Part shown: positions 58,691 through 64,000 of the stretch, piece after piece
Layout of the letters: every line of letters begins with the position of its first letter
Numbering within the stretch: position 1 is the stretch's first letter
Assembly (NCBI GenBank): GCA_963784355.1
Contig: CAWAQU010000012.1
Coordinates: forward strand, 96,001 to 160,000
Source: an uncultured bacterium
GTDB taxonomy: Bacteria; Patescibacteriota; JACMRA01
Length of the DNA stretch: 64,000 nucleotides
Reading direction: 5' to 3'
Program-made: the position numbers and the translations under genes
Notes under the pieces: model-generated
Database searches by the model: none
What the model saw: the letters and a program-made list of their open reading frames with translations, nothing else
Told to the model about the DNA's origin: nothing

Positions 58691-60658
58691 ATGATTATTG
58701 GTATTTTTTTAAGACATATTAAAGCTTACAAAGGTATAAAATATGTTCCAATAGGTGAAAAATATAACTTTGCGTCTTATATTGGAGAAAACGGGGTAGG
58801 TAAGAGTTCTATTTTGCAAGGTTTAAATGCATTTTTTAACGATACAGACTATCCAATAAATAAAAGTTCCTTAAATGAGGGTAATTCTCAGAATTTTCCA
58901 TATTTTACTACTATATTCTTAATTCAAAAAGACAAAATACCTACTAATTCGACTCACAAACAAACTTTTGAAAGTTTAAGTAATTACTTTTGGAATGTAA
59001 CTAAATCCGATATAACATCAGGTACAGCAGGCGCAGTAAAAGAGTTTTTTGATTTAAGATCAGAAATTCCACATAAACGAGATAGCTACTATCTGTTGCT
59101 GCTAGGCGAGAAAATTCTACATATAAAACAGCCGTATTTTGGTAGTTTTCATAGAGATATTAAATTAATGGAATTATTGGATACAAAACAGACTATGGGT
59201 ATAGTATTAAATAAAGAAGCAGATAAAGATGATATTGATAAATATGAGTCTAGTTTTGATGCTCTAATACAAAAAGAATATAAAACCTTTTTCAGAGAAT
59301 TGAAGGAAATGTATTCATATGTCTACATACCTGTTGAGATAGATGTGGAAAACTTTACAAAGATTGAACGGAATGAAATGCAAAAAATTTTTGATAAGAA
59401 AATTAAAGATGAGATTGGTAAAATGATAAAAGTTGGAAATATTAATGAAATAAATAATAAACTAGATGAATTTACTGATGAAATCGAAAAAATACTAGAT
59501 TATCAATATTTTTATGACACAGGCAATAAAGGAAAAAAAGCGCTTACTTCAAGAGATCTTGTAGAAAAAATTTTAGAAACTTACTTTCAAATAAGAGTTC
59601 TTAATAAAGGTATTACTTCAAGTGATAAAAGCTCAAAAAAAATAAGTGAATTAAGCGCAGGTGAAAAAAGGCAAGCATTAATTGATGTGGTTTATGCATT
59701 TTTAAAAAAGGATGCTGAAAGAGAAAAATCTTTAATAATAGGAATAGATGAGCCAGAAAACTCACTTCACACCTCACTTTGCTATGATCAATTTGAAAAG
59801 CTTAAAGAAATATCTAAAAATAATCAAATTCTTATAACAACTCACTGGTATGGATTTTTACCTGTAATTGATAAAGGATTTGTACACTTTTTAAAATCCG
59901 AAAATCAAGCTATTTCTTTTTTTAATAAAATGGATTTATATTCAGATGAATATAAAACTAAAAATATCCCTGAGGATTTTTCACTAAAAAGCACAAATGA
60001 TCTCATACAATCAATTTTCCATTCTCTAAAAGCTGTTAAACCTTATAATTGGCTTATTTGCGAGGGGGCAAGTGACAAAATCTATCTTAATAAATTTTTA
60101 CATAACGAAATAGCTAATAAAAACTTAAGAATAATTGCTGTTGGGGGCGTAGAGCAAGTAAAGAAATTTTATAAATATTTAGAGCTTCCAATATCGGAAA
60201 ATGTAAATGATTTAAAAAGAGGGAAGGTATTTTGTTTAACTGACACAGATAATGATCATGGTACAGAATGTAAAACTTCTGAAGAATTAAAAAAAATACT
60301 TACTATTCAGAGATTTTATGCGGAAAAAAACAATATAGTATCCTTAATAAAATTTGACTCACCTAACGGAAAACTCCCTGTTGATATAGAAAAATCACTA
60401 AATCCTTTGATTTTTAAGAAAACACTAGATAGTCTAAACGTAAACGAAATTTTTTTAATTAACGAGTTGAATATTCAAAACATTGATGGAAATACTAGTA
60501 AAGAAAATTTAAGAAGTTGGGATATAGACAACTACTTTTCTTCTGAAGAAATTAAAAATACTTTTGCTGACAAATATGTAGAAATTTTGAGTAAAGAGCA
60601 AGATGAAAATAAATATACCCCTCAATGGGTCAAAATGATTAAAGATTTCTTTAATTAA
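58691..60658 (+). CDS. OLD-like ABC-ATPase + TOPRIM nuclease
   Basis: GENGVGKSS, LSAGEK, IDEPENSLH, TTH, then ICEGASD, AVGG, LTDTD. Confidence 0.82.
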   Translation: MIIGIFLRHIKAYKGIKYVPIGEKYNFASYIGENGVGKSSILQGLNAFFNDTDYPINKSSLNEGNSQNFPYFTTIFLIQKDKIPTNSTHKQTFESLSNYFWNVTKSDITSGTAGAVKEFFDLRSEIPHKRDSYYLLLLGEKILHIKQPYFGSFHRDIKLMELLDTKQTMGIVLNKEADKDDIDKYESSFDALIQKEYKTFFRELKEMYSYVYIPVEIDVENFTKIERNEMQKIFDKKIKDEIGKMIKVGNINEINNKLDEFTDEIEKILDYQYFYDTGNKGKKALTSRDLVEKILETYFQIRVLNKGITSSDKSSKKISELSAGEKRQALIDVVYAFLKKDAEREKSLIIGIDEPENSLHTSLCYDQFEKLKEISKNNQILITTHWYGFLPVIDKGFVHFLKSENQAISFFNKMDLYSDEYKTKNIPEDFSLKSTNDLIQSIFHSLKAVKPYNWLICEGASDKIYLNKFLHNEIANKNLRIIAVGGVEQVKKFYKYLELPISENVNDLKRGKVFCLTDTDNDHGTECKTSEELKKILTIQRFYAEKNNIVSLIKFDSPNGKLPVDIEKSLNPLIFKKTLDSLNVNEIFLINELNIQNIDGNTSKENLRSWDIDNYFSSEEIKNTFADKYVEILSKEQDENKYTPQWVKMIKDFFN

Positions 60659-60970
60659 AATAATTAGAATTTAACCTACAATTTTAAAAGTTTTTTGTTG
60701 TACAACTTTTAGGTTACACTTTTAAATTGTGTAAACATAGTGTTTATTCCAAGCAAGTCTATTATAAAGGGAGTTAAAGTTGGTTTATTCTTAAAGAACT
60801 ACTTTAATTTTTGTATAAAATGACCAAAAGTAATTTATTCTTTTTGATTTATTTTCCTAACTCGCTTTGGGCTAAGTAGTTTACAGCTTTACTAGTTTCA
60901 AATATTGTAAATAAATAATTTTTGTGCTATTATATAAGGAATATAATTATAAACTTAATATAATTCTTCT

Positions 60971-61264
60971 ATGGAAAAAATTCCTCAAAATTTAAAAGAT
61001 AAAAAGCAACCAGAAGGTAAATCATGGCATGCTAAAGTATTTTCAGATATAGTAAAAAGAAAAGAAGAGTCTCTAGATCCGATAGTTTATAACACTATAA
61101 TGGTTTTATGTAACAATAAAAATAATCGTAGTGTTAGCGCAAAAGAAATTGTTGTAGCTCTTGATAAAGCCTTAGCAGAAAGACCTTTAACCACTCAACA
61201 GGCTGTAGATCAGTTCAATAAAGTTTTTGGGCCTGTTTTGCCAAATCCAGATGATGCGGTATAG
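60971..61264 (+). CDS. Hypothetical protein (ORFan)
   Basis: TTGTAA-17-TATTAT promoter and open frame. Confidence 0.55.
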   Translation: MEKIPQNLKDKKQPEGKSWHAKVFSDIVKRKEESLDPIVYNTIMVLCNNKNNRSVSAKEIVVALDKALAERPLTTQQAVDQFNKVFGPVLPNPDDAV

Positions 61265-61276
61265 AATTTTAGAAAA

Positions 61277-61864
61277 CTAACTAGCTTCACCATTCTTTGT
61301 TTTAAGCTTTTTAAATTCTCCGGCTTTATCTAATTCCTGATATCTATCATAAACCGGTTTGGGAAACATAAGCTGTATTGATTTAAGGTTAAAACTGCCG
61401 TCCAGCGTTTCTTTGTGATTTATAATTTTGTAATCAGTGCTGCTATATTCAAATCTTATAGGTGTACTGAATCCGTGACCTGATGTTTTATCTGGATTTA
61501 GGCTTTCACATAGTGCTCTGGAATAAATAAATTTATCATCATAACCAACAATATAACTATCACAATAATAACTTGCGTCTAATGAAGAATTTTTACTGAA
61601 AATCACTTCTAAATATTGGCTGACACTTTCACGCAATTTGTCGTTATTATTTAGAACTAGCTTACCATATGATTCTGGGAATTGTAGTTTTTGATTTTTG
61701 AAAATATCGTCTGTATAGCAAGCAATCCTAGGTGCACATGATTCACTATTTATAACCGTGATAGTTTCAATTTTTTTGTAATTTGAAATTAATATGCCGA
61801 TTATAATAATTACTATTAAGGTAATGCCACCGATTATCAATGAAGTGTGCTTTTGTATTTTCAT
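61277..61864 (-). CDS. Membrane-anchored exported protein
   Basis: N-terminal TM helix; Cys-containing extracellular domain. Confidence 0.65.
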   Translation of the reverse strand: MKIQKHTSLIIGGITLIVIIIIGILISNYKKIETITVINSESCAPRIACYTDDIFKNQKLQFPESYGKLVLNNNDKLRESVSQYLEVIFSKNSSLDASYYCDSYIVGYDDKFIYSRALCESLNPDKTSGHGFSTPIRFEYSSTDYKIINHKETLDGSFNLKSIQLMFPKPVYDRYQELDKAGEFKKLKTKNGEAS

Positions 61865-62038
61865 AGGTTTAACAAGTTAAAAATGTATTAAAGGAGTATT
61901 ATTGAAAATAATTTGAAAAACTAACACTGTTATAAGTAAATTCAATAGAATACCGGATATAAAACTGAGATTAGTGCAACAACAGGAATTGCATGAACGT
62001 AGTAAATATGATATAATTAATCTACAAAGTCAATAAAT

Positions 62039-64000
62039 ATGGACCAGCCATCTTCAGGCAATAGAAATAATCCACGCCTTTTCCTACCTATAGACAGAGT
62101 TTCAAAAAGTAATAAATTAGAATCCCAATCTAAAGCTGAACATGTGGTGGAGGTTGAGGATGAAGTCTGGAATGTACTTAAAATAAATCCTACACTTAAG
62201 AAAGAACTTAAAAGCGTGAGTAAAAGGCTTATTAATCTTGGTCGAATGACTTATACTCGCGTGCCAACTGAAAAAGAAAAGCAGAATACCCAAGGTAGAG
62301 GATATTCTCATCACATTGATGCACTACCTCCATATCGCCTTCCATTGGACATATATGTTAAGGGTATTGGATCAGCTTCAATAAAAGAATCTTATAGAGA
62401 TCCGGAATCCCCAGGTTTTTCCACAGGAGATGTGCATGAGGCAGTCTTTTATGATCAGCCAGGAAGTTCACATTTAAGAACATGGGGTAATAATACTATT
62501 CGTTGGTGTTTGTATGAGTATTGTAACCTAGCTGTGATATTTAAATATTATACAGAAAAATATGGTATAAGTACTCTTGAAGAAGTTTTTAAAAAACACC
62601 TGCCTTTCCCAGTTGGTATTACGGAATTTCACATTCAAAACGAGAAAAAAAAGCAAGACTTCCTTCGTATCCGAGATAAAATAATTACCCAACTTACGGA
62701 ATTAGGTGAGGATATAAAATTTGAAAGTCTTTCAGATGTTGAAATTCAGGAAATGGCGACAGAAAATATAATGCGTATCAAGTCATTAAGCTTATTTTCA
62801 CATAGTAATGAGGAAGATTTAAAAGTTTTACTCTGGACCCAACTTCGAGATACATACACTAAAGATAATCGTTTTGCTTCAATCGTAATCTCAGCTCCTT
62901 CATCTTCTCGGGTAGGCGATTTATACCATGGTTATTCAGGTGAGGTATTTCAAAATAATCTCCTCAAAACTTCGAACTCAGAAGTAGTTACAAATTTTGC
63001 GCAACGGTCCCGTGAATCTATAATCAATTTCGGAGTTTTATTTAGCGGGGGTAGCTGTCATGTACAAAATGTTTCTGACAATCCTAATTCAATATTTCCG
63101 TTTTTTGACTATTCTGATCTAGCATTTCTTGGTCTTTATCCTTAGCATATTGCAAAATATCGAATATTTGAGTTTGTTCGAGGTTCTGAAGAGTTTATTC
63201 CAAATTATCAATTTTCTGTAGAAAATGGTATCAATTACGAAACATTTACCGAATCTCAAAAAACTTACTGGAATACTCTTATGAAAGGTTTTATTCCAGA
63301 TGATAAGCTTGATTATGTATCACGAATAGCGCCATTTCTCAGGCCTGAAGTTGCTTGGACTGCCTCAAATGTACTACATAGTAAATCTGATCATGAGACC
63401 TGGAAAAAGATTGGTCAGGACAGACGCCATGTGTATGAAGTGGCTGGTAACACTACCAAAGAAGATATATTGAGTACAATCGATGATTCTATTGGGTCGA
63501 CTATTGAGTCCATTCAAAAAAATGCTACTGATTTATATTTAAAACCTGAGTTTAAAGAACCTGGGACGAGAGTTTTGCCTGAGCTTTATGAAAAAATTAC
63601 CGGTAAACATTATACTGGTTACGATACAACCACTACTAAAAGTGCTTACTTAAATTTTGTAGATTTATTTACTCAACAAGTGACAACTTTAACAGAATCT
63701 GAAGATAAAACTTTTTACTATTCCACTCTTTATAACAAACTAATTACTTATAAAGGGTATAAAAAACCGGGAGAGCTGATTGATTACTTAAACTCGTGTG
63801 AAGGTATTTTTTCACAAATAATTAAATCTCTTAAACAAGGTGACAAAAAGCGATTTAAAATGTGGGTTGAAATACTCAAAAGTGGAATGTTCTGTGGAGG
63901 TGAAATTGCTGAAATACCTACATCAGTCCAACAAAATTTCCAAAATTCTTTAAAACAAGTAGCAATTGAAGAAAATCCTTCAACAGAAGCACTTACGCAG
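62039..64000 (+). CDS. Kinase-like (SelO-like) protein with in-frame TAG at 63143-63145, open to the window end
   Basis: YVKGIG, CHVQNV, FFDYSD. The same frame continues for 285 codons after the TAG. Confidence 0.5.

Noticed and set aside
60670-60740. Imperfect inverted repeats after the OLD-like gene
   Set aside because: Almost entirely A/T, so expected by chance at this composition.
1805-62314. Short antisense or nested ORFs in the six-frame track (e.g. 3218-3586, 14382-14729, 34127-34486, 39456-39776, 44309-44590)
   Set aside because: Shadows of well-supported genes with no motifs or promoters. 44309-44590 is not a credible antitoxin because it lies wholly antisense within mazF, beyond the sRNA terminator.
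1-64000. Genome-wide stop codon reassignment (TAG or TGA)
   Set aside because: Conserved genes end properly at TAG (cmk, MazG-like, M23) and TGA (CPBP, M20), and conserved Trp positions use TGG. The internal stops are isolated.

Overview
AT-rich bacterial chromosomal segment using the standard genetic code (TGA acts as a stop). Its gene content (lone VirB4-like ATPase, TrmB regulator, M23 coiled-coil proteins, many ORFans, few Shine-Dalgarno sites) suggests a reduced-genome Patescibacteria/CPR organism; this assignment is inference. Housekeeping genes (lgt, cmk, trxA, gatA, ruvX, sua5, nfi, ribE/ribH, tRNA-Val, tRNA-Glu) are interspersed with stress, toxin-antitoxin, defence-like and lineage-specific genes. 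The most notable signals are: (1) an orphan PemK/MazF gene facing a ~50-nt convergent small RNA with its own promoter, GNRA hairpin and terminator; (2) two homologous leader-peptide attenuator-like elements around an ATP-grasp-like/M20 peptidase locus; (3) an S6-S18 ribosomal protein fusion; (4) a pho-box-like two-promoter regulon with a degenerate histidine kinase; (5) duplicated promoter blocks in front of unrelated accessory genes; (6) several in-frame stops within otherwise open frames; (7) widespread leaderless promoter geometry. All calls come from reading the sequence by eye; no database searches were run.
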